Positions 1-12,736 of a DNA stretch of 64,000 nt are shown here, in pieces; the first letter of the stretch is position 1; each line of letters begins with the position of its first letter. The stretch spans positions 79,858,001-79,922,000 of the forward strand of contig NW_024704743.1 in the NCBI RefSeq assembly GCF_018977255.1. Reading direction: 5' to 3'. Origin of the DNA: Callorhinchus milii (Eukaryota). Under the pieces are notes generated by a model. It was not told the DNA's origin and did not search any database. It saw only the letters and a program-made list of their open reading frames with translations. A program made the translations under genes and the position numbers.

Positions 1-232
1 TGCTCCCACCCTCTGGAACTCCCTCCACCTCGCGCCCCCTCCCTTGCCTCCTTCGAGCCTCGTCTCAAGACCGTTTTCTTCGACTGTGCCTTCAGTCACC
101 TTCCTTCCCCGACTGCCCACCACCCTCCCTGATTCCAATCTCCAGCTCAGGTCTGAAACATTGATTGTCCAGCACCTTAGGACGCCCTCCCGACATAACA
201 TGCACTATACAAATGTAATTTTGCTGCTGTTG
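1..232 (+). mobile_element. L2 LINE 3' end (family A), cut by window edge
   Basis: APTLWNSL-like coding remnant, pyrimidine-rich 3' UTR, tail hairpin remnant and (TTG/CTG)n end; homologous to 36402-36700 reverse complement. Confidence 0.85.
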
Positions 233-474
233 ATAACAAGCAGTCCCAAAGGAGATTGGTGCTGAAAGTCAAGTCAAGTATTATGAATTCACAGCTCCCA
301 ATAGTCAGTGGAATGTACCAGCCTGGCTCAATTTATAACAGGAGTGGTTCTTGGCACTGCAAGATGCAGAACTTCAAAAAGGAAGAAATCGTTTACAGGC
401 AAATGCAAACTAGAGCTTCTCACTTTTATGCTTTTCATACATAGGTTATCCTCTCCCACTTCAGCCTCTGCATG

Positions 475-745
475 CCCATTACCACTTCCTTGCCAAGTTC
501 TATTAGTTTCTAGCTTCCCAGGAGATCAACTTCAAGATCCTCATCCAGACCTTCAAAGCACTTCATGATTTTTACCTCACCCAACCTCTGCAGTCTCCTC
601 CAACTCTAATTTCCCACACATGTTCTCAGCACCTCGACTCTGGGCTACTACTTGTTCTTCAGTTAATGTAATAATAATAATATAGTCCTTTTGTCCCAAC
701 ACTATGTCACACTCTCTGGAAATCTCCTCAAATCCCTGTGCGCTG
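475..745 (+). mobile_element. old degraded L2 ORF2 C-terminal fragment
   Basis: ttcaagatcctcatc...ttcaaagcacttcatg and ctctggaaatctc motifs colinear with the young L2. Confidence 0.5.
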
Positions 746-1777
746 CACTTGAGGAATGGTAGAAAGGAGGGGAAAATGGATTAAAAAGATCTACTTTGAT
801 CTAACAAAATTGATGGATTGAAAAACCTCCTCATGTTTCTCTTTCCACTATGTCACATAAGTACTGCAAGGACCTTAAAGGTGTCGCGAATTGTAATTTT
901 TCTACTGAAAAAATGCTAGAAATTAAATGTGCCCGAGCAACTTTACTCACAACTTGTTTCTGTTTCTATTACTACTGCGGTGACCATGAAGATGAATCCT
1001 AATGTCTTCACACACACTTAACACAATCAACGCCATCATGCTACTCATGAGATGATCCCCTATGTTTCCAGACACATGCAGAAAGAGCACTACTCTTCCT
1101 TCTGGAAACAGAGGCAACTAGTTGAGGAGGCAGCAGCTGATCCGCACCAAGAATGGTTCCAATAAGAATGGTGTTCAGGGACTTTTCATTAAGGATCGTC
1201 TATAGCGGAAGGTTCATCTCTGTAGGAAAACCCACAATACAAAAGTGGTACCAGTTGGGAATCTGCATACAATTTGCAATACAAGCTGGGCGTACAGCAT
1301 TTAGCACAGGATGTGCAGGCTTAGCTCTGTGGAATTTGCATTCTTATCTTAGGTGGAGTTCCTGCTCCATCTGAGATCCAACTTATTTATGGCTTTTTTT
1401 ATTTACGTGACTTTGCCACTTGGGGCCTCTGGAGGTAACTCACAATGAAAAAGTGTGGTTTTCCTGGCATTAAAATTTGGGACATCCTAATTGGAGTCTG
1501 ATAAATAATAAACAAATAATCCTTGATATTATTGTTCTATCATTTGACAGAACATATGTGAATATTGAAAGACCTCCCAAAAGAGTTTTTCACACACCAC
1601 TCATATAAAGGGTAGCGCTGTATATTTGTTGGTAAATAGGTCTCTGGTTACCACCGCGAACAGGGGACAGGAGATCCAATTTAGTAATGAGATTCGTTAG
1701 CATGATGTTTTGTCACATGTAAAAGTGTGGCACCTTCATGCAAGAAGCAATAATATCATACTTTCACACAGTGAAAT

Positions 1778-1953
1778 TCGGGAAAAGACTGGGAGCAATG
1801 TGGCCCAATATTGAGTCCATTGTTAACCCGGTTATCGTTACTGGCGCTCCGGAAGATACATTACTGACGGTGTTTTGCTCATGTACAAACACCTTATCTA
1901 ATCGCACTACAACAATGTCAGACTTCCACACTTGCGCCCAATACCATTTCCCA
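1778..1953. mobile_element. degenerate palindromic MITE-like remnant
   Basis: tgggagcaatgtgg versus ccacacttgcgccca inverted match; inner ggtgttt...aaacacc hairpin. Confidence 0.35.
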
Positions 1954-2964
1954 CAAAAAGATGCTCTGAAAAGGTGGCAGAGATTTGAAAGGTGGCAGCA
2001 CCTCTGGTTTGGGGCCAAATAATTGAGCATACAGAACCACATTATAAAAGTGACATAATTTGTTTCCAATGCTACGATTGACTCACGCCCAACTTAAGAA
2101 GAGGTGGTTTTCTCAGTGCACCATAACCACTGTTCACTAATACTAGCAAATGGTTTGCTATTTTCTTCTTTATAAGCATGGAACAAACCATTTGTTAGTA
2201 TTAATGAAGAGACCGCATTGGACCCTCAGTGTCTGCAGAAATGGCTGAGCCTTCCACTCCTCTTGCAGCCCCCCCCCAGTGTAATTGCTGTAAATCACCA
2301 AGTAAACTCCCTTGAAGGTAAGCTTCATGTCAACACGGATCGGAGGTGGGGTCTAGATGGTCACACAGATGTGTCTGCTCCAATAAACCTCCCACATATT
2401 AAACAGAGGTAGCTTGGCTCAGACTCACACAGCATCTGCCATGCACACAATAAGTATTGAAGCTGGCTGTGTCCCCCATCCATTGAGAACCAGGAGTCCA
2501 ACAGGCAGTGCCTCGTAATCTTCTGATGTGGTTTGATTTCCTGAGGCAGGACACCACCACATAGACAAAGCGGTAAAAGAATCTACACAGTGCACTCATG
2601 GGGGATAGGATCTAGATTTCACAAAGAGGCAGAAAGAGAGGGAAAGTGATCATCCTGACCTCATGGATACAGGTTACAAACCTGGTAACACAAATTAGTT
2701 CCCATTTGATAAAATCTTGTGAATTGCTGCCATGAGCTTGTTGAAGTCATGCCCCGGTTCTGGCAGCATATGGAGGTCAGACTGCCTCCAACATTGATAC
2801 AATCTGATCTTTGATGTAAAGTAGAACCCTACCCAAGTCATAAGGTGCTGCTTTCACAGAACACTGGTACCTTGTCACGAGAGCATAGGCCAGGATACTG
2901 AACCTCTTCCTCTATCTCTGAGCCACAGTTGCTGTCCCCCACCACCCCCCCCATCTTATCTACA

Positions 2965-3090
2965 CTGCAACTGAAACACTAGCCCATGGCTTAATAGCCT
3001 CCAAGGTAAAACTAGCCAAAACCCTCCTCATTGATGTCCCTGACTGCAACCTTCACAAACTTCAACTCATGCAGAACTCCATGGCCCACT
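2965..3090 (+). mobile_element. old L2 ORF2 fragment
   Basis: decayed version of AAETLVHAF...LHKLQLxQNS segment seen in the young L2. Confidence 0.6.
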
Positions 3091-3114
3091 GTTGCCGAGC
3101 ATTCTCATAATTTC

Positions 3115-3180
3115 CATAGAATCATAGAAGCATAGGAGGTTATCCAACCCCACATGAATGTGCCAGCTCTTTAAAAGTGA
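3115..3180 (-). mobile_element. CR1-type LINE 3' tail
   Basis: catagaatcatagaa repeat tail followed by aggagg...tgtgccagctcttt. Confidence 0.5.
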
Positions 3181-3204
3181 AATCCCACTGACTGGATTGC
3201 TCTT

Positions 3205-3799
3205 TTAGAGTGGTTAGTGGGTGCTCGCCTTACAAAGTGAGAGGACCCGGGGTCAATTCCCGGGTACGACAAAAGCTTAGGCAAGTTTCCTCACTCCACA
3301 CACCTGTTCAACTAGCAGTAAAAATAGGAACCCGCTTGTTAGTCGTTTGGCAGATTGCTTTCTGGGGGTATTAATCCCCCTCGTCCCTCCCCCCAAAAAA
3401 TTTGGTCATTCAATCCATGACTCACATGGAACACTGCTGTATGCAATTGGCTGCCACATTGCAACAACAACAACTTGCATTTATATGATGCCATGCACAC
3501 AGGGTAGCGTCTCAGAGCGCTTAACGATGGCAGAGTCTGACTCCGAGCTGGGGGGAAGGGGGAGCTGGCTGTAAGCACGGTTGAAGTGGAAAGTTTTAAG
3601 GTGGAACTTGAAAGAGGGGAGAGAGGGGCAAGGCGGAGGGATTGAGGGAGACTGTTCCAGAGTTTTGGGGCGTAGTGAAAGTGCGACCTCACCCACAAAA
3701 TACACAGTCAATTCACTTTACAATTCACTGTGAAGCACTTTGAGGTGTCTCGAAGACGAGATAAGGGGCTATATCAAATGCAAGGATTATTATCATTAT
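3205..3799 (+). mobile_element. tRNA-headed SINE (family A, long older subfamily) split by an L2 insertion (SINE parts 3205-3460 and 3689-3799)
   Basis: A/B-box-like head, gcaagtttcctcactccacac body, caattggctgcc core; resumes with cccacaaaatacacagtcaattcacttta...atcaaatgcaaggattattat. Confidence 0.85.
3462..3686 (-). mobile_element. 5'-truncated L2 LINE 3' end (family B) nested in a SINE
   Basis: HYAPKLWNSLP...FKFHLKT...RAY translation; tail gagacgctaccctg...aaatgcaagttgttgttg. Confidence 0.9.
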
Positions 3800-4984
3800 C
3801 CCTTAAGTCAAATTCTTCTGCTTTTTCTCCTAGCCTTGCTAAGCTCTGCTATCTCCTCCATAGCAAATGCATACCAAGATTCTTGTCCACGTTATCATAT
3901 CCCTCCATGAACTCACTCCACCCTAGCTGCGTAATCTTCCCCAGCTCCATTTCCCCTCTTTCTCAAAACCTGCTGCTCCCATTGTTAAGTGCTTAACATA
4001 AAGGAGGCGTCCTTTTACATCAACAGTATTAAATAACTGGAACTTGCGGCTGTTGATTTATAGACTTTCATCAAGTGGGAATCTTAGCCTCCCTGTGAGA
4101 GCACTCAATGAGACTGGAGCAACTCTATTAACCTGCCCTTGCCGGCTCCCTATACACACACCTTGGATAAGAGTGCTGCAGCAAAGAGCTTCACAGGTCA
4201 CCGAATTTCTCCAACCACGTCATGATGTTGAATCACTTGCAATAAACTACATTTTTGCGTTGGCTAATAAAACGCACAGGTTAACTGGATCTCACCCACA
4301 GATTTTACATTCAAGTCCTGCAGAACTCCTGCTGGTAGAAACCAACACATTAAGGGGTGAGATTTCACACTAACATGAGACAGCGTGTCCATTTCAGCAC
4401 TGAGCTTGGAGAGAGTGCAGCACTGAAAAAGTTCAGTGCCTTTAGCATTACCTGTTAGTGGAAACGCGCCAGGAATGCTGCCTCCCAGCAAAATGGCCCA
4501 TGGTTACACCTGAAGTCAGAGGTTAGTCACAAGCCAGTGGCTTTGAACATGACAATGTTACTCAGGCTCTGCACACACGCGATTCTAAACTCAATGCCCT
4601 GCCCATTCAGCCTTGAGCTGAATATTAAAATAGTTCTTCTCTGTAGACGGGTAAGATCAGTCAGAAGTTTTGCTTTTCAGCTTTCAAAATCCAAGCGTGG
4701 CACCAGTTTAACCACTGTTTAATGCAGTCCTGTACTATGGCCCTTGATCCAAATCCCGCAAACACTCACTGATTTGTGTTGTATGACACTCCACAATGCT
4801 ACAAAAAAGGAGCCCATCGAGGGATGATGGGCATATCGTGCCTGTGGCGTGTTTCATTGTGCTAATCGGTGGTAAGCCACTTAAACCAAATATTTTTTCA
4901 GATCTGACACCATGAGGGAGCAGTTAGTAGCACTCTCGTCTGTAATAAGGAATTATATCAAATGCATGGATTATTGTAGATTAT

Positions 4985-5098
4985 TTTGCCCACAAAATAG
5001 ACAGTCAATCCACTTTACAGTGTATCCTGTGATGCGCTTTGAGAAATCTCAACAACATAATATAGCACTACATCAAGTGCAGAGATTATTATTATCAT
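4985..5098 (+). mobile_element. SINE 3' fragment
   Basis: cccacaaaatagacagtcaatccactttacag...gattattattat tail. Confidence 0.75.
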
Positions 5099-6461
5099 CG
5101 TCCATTTGCATGAAACATATTGCTTGATAGTCAACAAGGTGGTACTGATAAAAGGATATTTATTGGCTCACTTACAGCCTCCTCAGCTTTGTCAGAGAAA
5201 TGCTGAGAATTCCAGCCACAGTTTGCCTGTGGATTTACACTGCAGCACTTCTGGGATGACAATTTAAATATCAGAGCCAACTTCCATTAGTCAAGGCAGC
5301 ATATTGTAAGCAGGAGTATCTGGCTAATAGCAACATCAAACCGCCGCATGACTTGGATTTGATCCACTATAACTGGAGATAGGTTAAGTGGTGATTGTCA
5401 GCAAAATTCTGCATAAATCCAAATAAGTATCACTTCATATCCCCTCGCTGCTCCAGGTGGGCAATCCCAGCCACAGATTTGTCTCTGTGTTCATTACAAA
5501 TGGCACTTTGCAGCTGCCAAACACTGCTATAGTACAGCATTGCTCTTGCCGGCTGTCCTCTCTCGACCCGCTCAGAGGTACTATAACAGTACAGCACTGC
5601 CAGAGGTGAAACCCTTCTCTTGCTATCTGTCATCTTTTGAACACTCTCCCAGCAGTTAAGTCCTCTACCAACATACAATAATCTCACTGACAAATGGTAC
5701 ATCTCTCTCAACAGAGGGCAATACTGGCATTCATGTGCGAACCTGTCACAGTGGGAGTCCCAATGTTCACTGGGTTGAACACTTGAATACCACTTCACTG
5801 GTCATCTGCAATAACATTACTGGGTGACACAGGTTAGTCCAGTCACTTAATTTGTTGCTAAATTTAATGAAAGCACTGTGACATGATTGATAGTAAACTG
5901 TTGCGAGCCAATGACGTGTTACATAATAAAGCAAACCTTTTAAGTATTTTCATACTGCAGCAACAAACCTTTAATCTTTAAAGTGCTACCTCTAAAAAGT
6001 CAGAGCCTCAAGGTATGGAGTTCCCAATAATTAGCCACAGCAAGAGTTAATATGGGAGTTGGAAACAGAAGAAACAGCTTATGTACTCAGGAGCCATAGC
6101 ACTGCCCTGCCATTTATACACAAGTCAGTGGAATTAGCCAAGTCCCTTCAGTCAATTCAAACTAACCACACCCTAGTGAACAGAGACAACTAAGCATTGG
6201 GCACTTTTGGAGTTACAAAATCTTTTTGCCTTGCACCTCAACTTCAAAAATCTAAAAAAAACACACATGGCAAATTTGAATCTGGTTTTAGTCAACATCT
6301 TTAAAAGACTCAATTCCAATAATAATAATAATAATCCTAGCATTTGACAAGTATAATTTGTTGTTGTTTCACAGTGCATCGCCTTTCCGTGCTGCCCACA
6401 ACACAGAAACAGCTTTGGACAAAGTGACAAATAACATTTTGTCCATCTGTGACCAGAGCTC

Positions 6462-6892
6462 CCCGTCTCCTCATCCTCCTTGACCTCTCTACCGCCTTTG
6501 ATATCGTTCACCACTCTATCCTCCTCCACTGCCTCTCCTCTCACCTCAACTTTCATGGTTCTGTTCTTGACTGGTTCAGTTCCTACCTTTCACACCGTCT
6601 CCATTTTGTCTCCACAAACGGCTTCTCCTCCAGCCCCTGCACCATCTCGTGCGGTGTTCCTCGGGGCTCTGTCCTTGGTCCGCTCCTCTTCAACGTATAT
6701 ATGCTCCCACTTGGTGACACCATGCACAGAAATGGGGTCAAGAGGAGACTCTCCTCTTCGACCGCGCCTTCAGCCACCCTCCTACCCCAACCCTCCTGAT
6801 CCCAATTCCCTGCTTGGGCTCAATCCCTGACTGTCCAGTGCCTTGGGACGTCCTCCCGACGTAAAAGGTGCTATAAAAATGTAATTTGTTGT
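6462..6892 (+). mobile_element. internally deleted L2 LINE (RT fragment joined to 3' end)
   Basis: LLDLSTAFDIVHH and [15 protein letters not shown] motifs, jump at ~6740 to 3' UTR with gggacgtcctcccgacgt hairpin and ttgttg tail. Confidence 0.9.
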
Positions 6893-6895
6893 GTT

Positions 6896-7216
6896 CTGTG
6901 GGAGAAATGCGGCAGCCAATTGCACACAACAGTGTCCCACAAACAGTCCTTGATTGAATGACCACATTTTTTGGGAGGAGGGACTATTACCCCAGAAAAC
7001 GATCTATCAAATGACTAATAATCAGGATCCTACTTACTATTAGGCAAACAGTCTTGTGGAGCAAGGAAACTTGCCTAAGATTTGTCCCTCGAACTGGGGT
7101 CCTTTCATTATAGTTTTGGGACCTCTTCCTGACGTGAAAGGAGCTCTATAAATGTAATTTTGTTGTTGTCCTCCTCTTGCTTGCGAGTGTGCTAACCACT
7201 ACGCTACGCGACCCCA
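6896..7216 (-). mobile_element. SINE family A (long subfamily) containing a short plus-strand L2 tail at ~7112-7169
   Basis: ggcagccaattgcacac core, ggagcaaggaaacttgcctaag body, gctaaccactacgctac head remnant. Confidence 0.8.
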
Positions 7217-7494
7217 CACGTCCACTGTACAACAATATGTTGAGCGCTTCCAGACGTTCATTCACATGAAATGCAATGACATCTTCAGACTGTGTGCACT
7301 TGAACTGTGAAAAGCACCCACCAGCATAGTGTTGTGAAAATTTTATGTGATTTTAATCTGATCTGAAGTGACACTGCACTTTGAAAGGATGTATTAAAAA
7401 TATTGCACAAGTCACTACTGTACAAAAATGTAAGTGGCTGTTTTGTTGACACTCACTCCCCGCCTTTAAAAACATCCAAAAAACATACATTAGT

Positions 7495-7755
7495 ACCCGA
7501 TGAAAGAGTTTAACTATAATGAAAGGCTGGACAGACTTAGGATATATTCCTTTGAGATGATGAGAGAAAAGGGTGATCTGATTGAGGTGTTTAAAAATAA
7601 TGAACAGAACAGACAAACCCTCTGGTTGTGGGAAATGTGGAATTTTGCAAAGGGATCCAAAATAAGGTGAAACAATATTCAGCTAAGACAGAAGTGATCA
7701 GAAAACATTTCTTCAGAATGTTGTGAAAATGTGGAATATATTAGTTCACAAGGTC
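7495..7755 (+). mobile_element. CR1 LINE 3' ORF2 fragment
   Basis: gggtgatctgattgaggtgtttaaaaataatgaa matches the CR1 copy at ~49260-49300; YNERLDRLG-like translation. Confidence 0.8.
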
Positions 7756-8199
7756 GTCCAAGGCCAAATCAAAAGTATAATACACATGTCCAATAATCTT
7801 TACAGTTAAAGGTATACCAAATTCGAGCTCTTTCATTACTCAACACTGCAAAATTCCACATTTCCCACAAACTGACCAGACTGTAGTCATATAGCCACTC
7901 TGTGACTTTGCTGTTAAAATTGAGTCGAGAAACTGTATCCTTGCTTTCACCATCAATACCGGGACCATTTCCTTTACAATTGGTAATTTCATCACCGACT
8001 GAGGGAACATAGGAACATACAAGGCAAGAAAACACCATTTCAGTCCACCTGACCAATGCCAAAATAAAAATCACACCACTCTCTGATATCCCTCTGATAT
8101 TTTTTAATGCACGCCAGGAAAATCTCAGGTTACATTTCTGGTTGATCAAGTTTGTCAATTTCAGTCAGGAGGTAGCCAGAGGAACATCTACTGATGCCT

Positions 8200-8378
8200 G
8201 TTTCAGTGACTACTGCTGGGAAGTACATACGAGTGGAGAACTTTGCACTTGCCTGTGATCCTCCTCACAGTTGAATAGCCACCTAACACTCACTGGCCAG
8301 GTTCACATCTGAAGAACAGCCACTCATGGATAACAACCAGTATAAGTCAGTTCTTTCAGGAGAGGAGGCAATAAAGAA
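8200..8378 (+). mobile_element. old unclassified SINE family C, 3' part
   Basis: similar to 40228-40475 and to reverse of 30120-30420 (cagttgaatagcc...ggttcacatctgaagaa...ttcaggagaggagg). Confidence 0.6.
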
Positions 8379-8631
8379 ATGTGATTTGAGAAGAACTGCA
8401 GAACACTTTAATCACAAATAGGGCATATCAGGCCTACACTGTAGCAAGATGTCAGTATCTTGTGTGAAACAGACATTTGTGGTCTCTACATGTGTCAGTG
8501 ATAAAATTAATCACTGTGAATAGTTATGTAAAAATTGACAGTTAAAATATGTTTAAAAATAATGGAAATAATTAATAGACATAAAATGATAGAGATTGTT
8601 AAAGTAGCCTAACTACTTAATAGCTTTGATT

Positions 8632-8717
8632 TGGGTTGCAATCCTGGGATTTCGTAGGCACCATTAGCAAGATCCTGGGAATGGTAATGTGCTCAAAATC
8701 TTGGGATTAGAACCCTT
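8632..8717. mobile_element. short MITE-like element with atcctgggat repeats
   Basis: gggttgcaatcctgggattt versus aaatcttgggattagaaccc imperfect terminal inverted repeats. Confidence 0.35.
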
Positions 8718-8734
8718 AGTCCGGGGTTTAAATT

Positions 8735-8850
8735 ACCTGGGTTTAAATCCTGTGTCAACTCAATCTTTTACCCTTTTGAGGTCGATAAAATGAGAATCAG
8801 GTGTAAAACCAATATTCCGCTGGGATGGGAGGGGAAAGGTCTTCAGAATC
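8735..8850 (+). mobile_element. SINE remnant with B box and Meta-domain-like core
   Basis: gggtttaaatcc followed by gtcaactcaatcttttacccttttgaggtcgataaaatgag; recalled resemblance to the MetaSINE core. Confidence 0.4.
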
Positions 8851-9944
8851 AAAACAACAATTTCACTTCTATAACACTTTTCACGTGGGGAGAAGTCTCA
8901 AAGTGAGAGTTCGACCTGGAAGGGTGATGTGGGGGGGAAATAGGGGGGAAAGGAGCTGAAGGGCAGTACAGTGTGGTATCCTCATCACATCCATCAGAAG
9001 CCTCCTTCAGCTGATGCAAGGAACTACCTAATTGTCAAGTGATTTCTGGACTTTCGTACACGCTTCAATAAACAGAAAAATTCAGCACCTTAAGATAGAT
9101 CTTTGACCCAGAGTCGACACAGACAGTGAGATGACATGTGATACTAGATATGACAATTGTCAGCAGTATCTTTTCTGGGTGAGAAGATTGTGGGTGAACA
9201 GCCCTAAGTAGAGACTTGCACTCACAGTCTAGGCTAACACTCTAGTTCACGATTGGGGGAGTGCCGAGAATGAAGGGCCATTTGATGAAAGAGACTAACA
9301 TTTAGCTCTTATTATTCCACAAGTTAGCTCCACTCAACCCTGAATCAGCCTGGAGCTCTATTCAGAATTCAGCAAAGGCTTGAATTGCAAAGCAGGTGCT
9401 GCACTCCCCACTCCTCTCAGTGTGCGACAGCCTGACCTGATTTCATTCATCACAAGAAAAGACTGTAATCTTGAGACTTGCTGACTCACTGCAGTAGCTG
9501 AACTGGAATGACCATTTTTAGAAACAGCAATTAACGCAAATCTGTTCATGCGCGGATAAAGATTAAGTGCTTTAGGACCTGGGGCACTTGGTTCCATTCA
9601 ATTGTACACGGCTCCACTGATGCTAACATTGGAACACCAAAGACTAGTGCTCTGATGTTCACTATATGAAGGTTGTAATTTCACTGGAACAGGTGAAAGC
9701 ACTGACACATCAGAATGTTTGCTCCTAAAAAGATTTAACTGTAGATCAGTGCTCACAATAAATTTGCTTCATTGTACCTTCAATTTTCTTACCAACATAA
9801 CTACTGCTGTGCGCTTTGTTGAAGAAATTTTTGGAAGCTGGTATTGCAACACTGCGTTGCCTTTGGCACAAGTAAAAGACAGCAGGGCATCTTCTTATAT
9901 TGTTCCCCAGAATTTTAAGAAAAACATATCCTCCTTGGTGGGAA

Positions 9945-10365
9945 ATAAGCATGGCCTTCTTTGGGGCTCCAAGGTGACTTGTTTGGCAATGGAATGTTGG
10001 ATTTGAGTCAACCCTCCGTGATGGTCTCAGTGGTTCTGAGCCAGGTGGGTCCACAGTATCCAGGGCACTGCTGATAACAGCACAGCCAGCCTGGCTCATC
10101 AGCAGGACTTAGAAGGGCAATAATAAATTGGTCATTTTCAATCTACGACTGTTTGTGGGACATTGCTGTGCGCAATTGGCTGCCGCGTTCGCCCACAAAT
10201 ATACAGTCAATTCACTTTACAGTGCGTTCTGTGAAGCGCTTTGGGACGTCCTCCCGACGTGAAAAGCGCTATATCAAATGCAAAGATTATTATTATAAGG
10301 GCAGAATGGGGGCAGGGATTCTTCCCACTGAGCTCCTGTTAAGCCCAAAGTGGTAGACAAGCTAC
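9945..10365 (+). mobile_element. unclassified repeat X, 5' part, interrupted by a SINE
   Basis: aligns with 14645-14800, 56606-56750 and reverse of 48670-48830. Confidence 0.8.
10120..10296 (+). mobile_element. 5'-truncated young SINE family A with 7-bp TSD AAGGGCA
   Basis: near identical to 3' half of 59262-59577; aagggca at 10113-10119 and 10297-10303. Confidence 0.95.
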
Positions 10366-10371
10366 TAGAGA

Positions 10372-10610
10372 ATTTTTTTGGAGTCAGCCAGGTGTCTGAC
10401 ACATGCAAAAACCTGCACCTTGCTTAAAAGTATCCAGACTCAGAATTCCATTCATCGCACCTACACATGGAAATTCCAGAGATAGATTGTTGGAATGGAA
10501 TTCACATTCTCTCCCTGGAGGGATGCTTCCTGCTTACCCAATTCTGAGATGGATTAGGTGCAGGTTGGCAAGAGCCAAAGCTTGAAGAACCCAAAACACA
10601 GTGACTGCAG
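10372..10610 (-). mobile_element. unclassified repeat X, 3' part with A tail
   Basis: reverse complement aligns with 56850-57040, ending gtgtcagacacctggctgactccaaaaaaa. Confidence 0.8.
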
Positions 10611-11819
10611 GAGCAAAATATATATGGCACACAGAGCCATTCGTTGAATGCAATGACCCGCCCTCAATCTTTTGCGTAACATCAGCACAGATAGCCTGTG
10701 GAGCCATACACTTAGCAAATCATTACCCCTGTTGGGTTAGGAAGCAAAATACTTACAAGACCCCATAAAAGTCAAGCCAATAATTCTCCTTTCTGCCATA
10801 TAATAAAACTCATTTTAAGATACAGATTATTGTTATCTGAACACCACTTACCCAAATTGACTGGTTATCTGATCTGTCTGGATGTATAATCATTCCATTG
10901 TATCACACATCAGATTCTTTGCCCTCTAATACAATTGAATAATAATATTTTCTAAATCAGTTTTCTGTTTGGATAAATAAGCATCATACAAAAAAATCCC
11001 ATCTGAGCTTGTTACACTAAAACAGCTGTGTAAAGGCAGCATGTCAAGCTACTGGAGAATTTTAAAATAAGTGCATTAACTGACTATAAAATTCCCAATG
11101 TAATTGGGATTGTAGAGGAACAGACTTCTGTGTTTTTACCCGAACTCTTTAAATGGCAAAGTGAGCAGGAGTGGTGAAGCTCTCATTTATTAAAGATGTA
11201 AACTTGGTACAGGGGAGATCATGCAAGATGGTGCAGCAGTCCATCATTCTGCTCAAGCCCCTAACAGACCAACAAGAGCAATAATGGGATTAGCACTGGT
11301 GGCTGAAAAGCAGAGGCCTAACAGTGGTGACCCCGTCACCTGTGGAGGCAACAGCACTCGCACAGCTCAAGCCCCTGTTCCACTGCACTTGTCCTCTGCC
11401 TTATGTAAATGCTTCAAATCTGAAGAATCCATAGTTACTTACAGCTTTAGCTGTAGGTGGGGTAGGTGAGGAGAGATAGCTGTAATAAACTGACAAATCT
11501 CAGCTCGGAAAGTACCATGCCCGTGCCACAATCATTTGCTGCTCATAAGTAGCTGAACGGTGTCGAGGCAAGCCCATGAATTGCTAGATTCACCATCACT
11601 TTAAACAATGGAAAATTTCCTTCCGCAGCCACAGGTTCCTGCTATCCCCCTAATGAGGGATCAAACCTGAGCTTGTCAGACGTCTAAAGACTAACTTATG
11701 ACTATCCTTGGGGGGAGGGGAGAGGGGAAAATAAGCAGTCTCCCCGGAGATGAGCTGGCTTCAGATAACGTGGCAATCGAATATAAGAATCATTTCATTC
11801 CTCTTTAGTAGTTTTGGTA

Positions 11820-11912
11820 TTCCAGTTCCTGAGCTAGTTGGCAGGGCTTGTAGGGGCAGATCAGGGGATTCTTCTAACAAGCCTCTTGTTAATCCTGCAA
11901 GCCAAAGTCCTC
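11820..11912 (+). mobile_element. repeat X fragment
   Basis: ccagttcctgagc...gttaatcctgcaagccaaag. Confidence 0.6.
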
Positions 11913-12736
11913 AATCCCCCCCATTCCCTCCCCCACCCAACCCCATATGTTATGATCAAACCAATCAAACTCGCTCCCCAGGTTCACTTAGGTGACTGTG
12001 GAAACTCCCTCCCACAATAACTGCATCATCATTCTGTCCTCCCTTTCACTTTCCATCATCAAACTACCAGAAATTGCTATATTATTGTTATCCCTTCAGG
12101 TTTTGGGAAACTCATTCAATATGATGAAAGAGCTCATTGAATCCGACAAAGAATTCCAAGTATTCACAGTCTTCCTTCCTTACAAATACTTCAGAAATGT
12201 TCTAGGACCATGGGTATGACGACCAAAAACACAACATTGTGCAATCATTGCCGACACAATTTGGTATCATTTCCGGAAATGAGAGCCATAACTTTATTGT
12301 CCTGGGAGCAATGAGAGAGTCCAAGAAGGAAGACTGCGGGAATCAGTAGAGTGGACACAATAATGTTACTGACACACTACGTCAAAATAATTGAACAGGA
12401 TTCAAAAGCATCCAGTGCCAAGATAAAGCCAGTGCAAAATGTCAGTTTAGCACAGTTGAACTCTGCAATAGCTGGAAGACCAGCTGAAGACTGTGGTGTA
12501 CTCTGGCATCAATCCTGTGCAGAATTGAATGGAAATGACGTGACACATACTGGAAGCAATCTTTATTTGGACATTTCAAGCCAACTCAAGCCAAGAGAGT
12601 AGAAATTTAAAAAAAAGCTGAAGATGTTGGAAATACAGTTTGGTGTGATTGTGTGTATGGGGGGGGAGAGGGTGCAAAACAGATCTGCCTCCCCACTGCA
12701 AAGCCTGGAGATTCACAGCTAGTTGTTTATATAAAG

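Noticed and set aside
10030..10110. Hammerhead ribozyme in repeat X (minus-strand CTGATGA followed by a stem)
   Set aside because: The stem is followed by TCAGAAC or TCAGGAAC rather than GAAA, so the catalytic core is incomplete
10852..10925. Minus-strand exon with TGG|GTAAGT donor
   Set aside because: Weak polypyrimidine tract and no supporting frame; cannot be distinguished from chance
12100..12213. Plus-strand exon VLGNSFNMMKELIESDKEFQ...GPW
   Set aside because: Peptide unrecognised, opposite strand to other candidates, and the reverse strand contains a LINE-like TVNTWNSL motif
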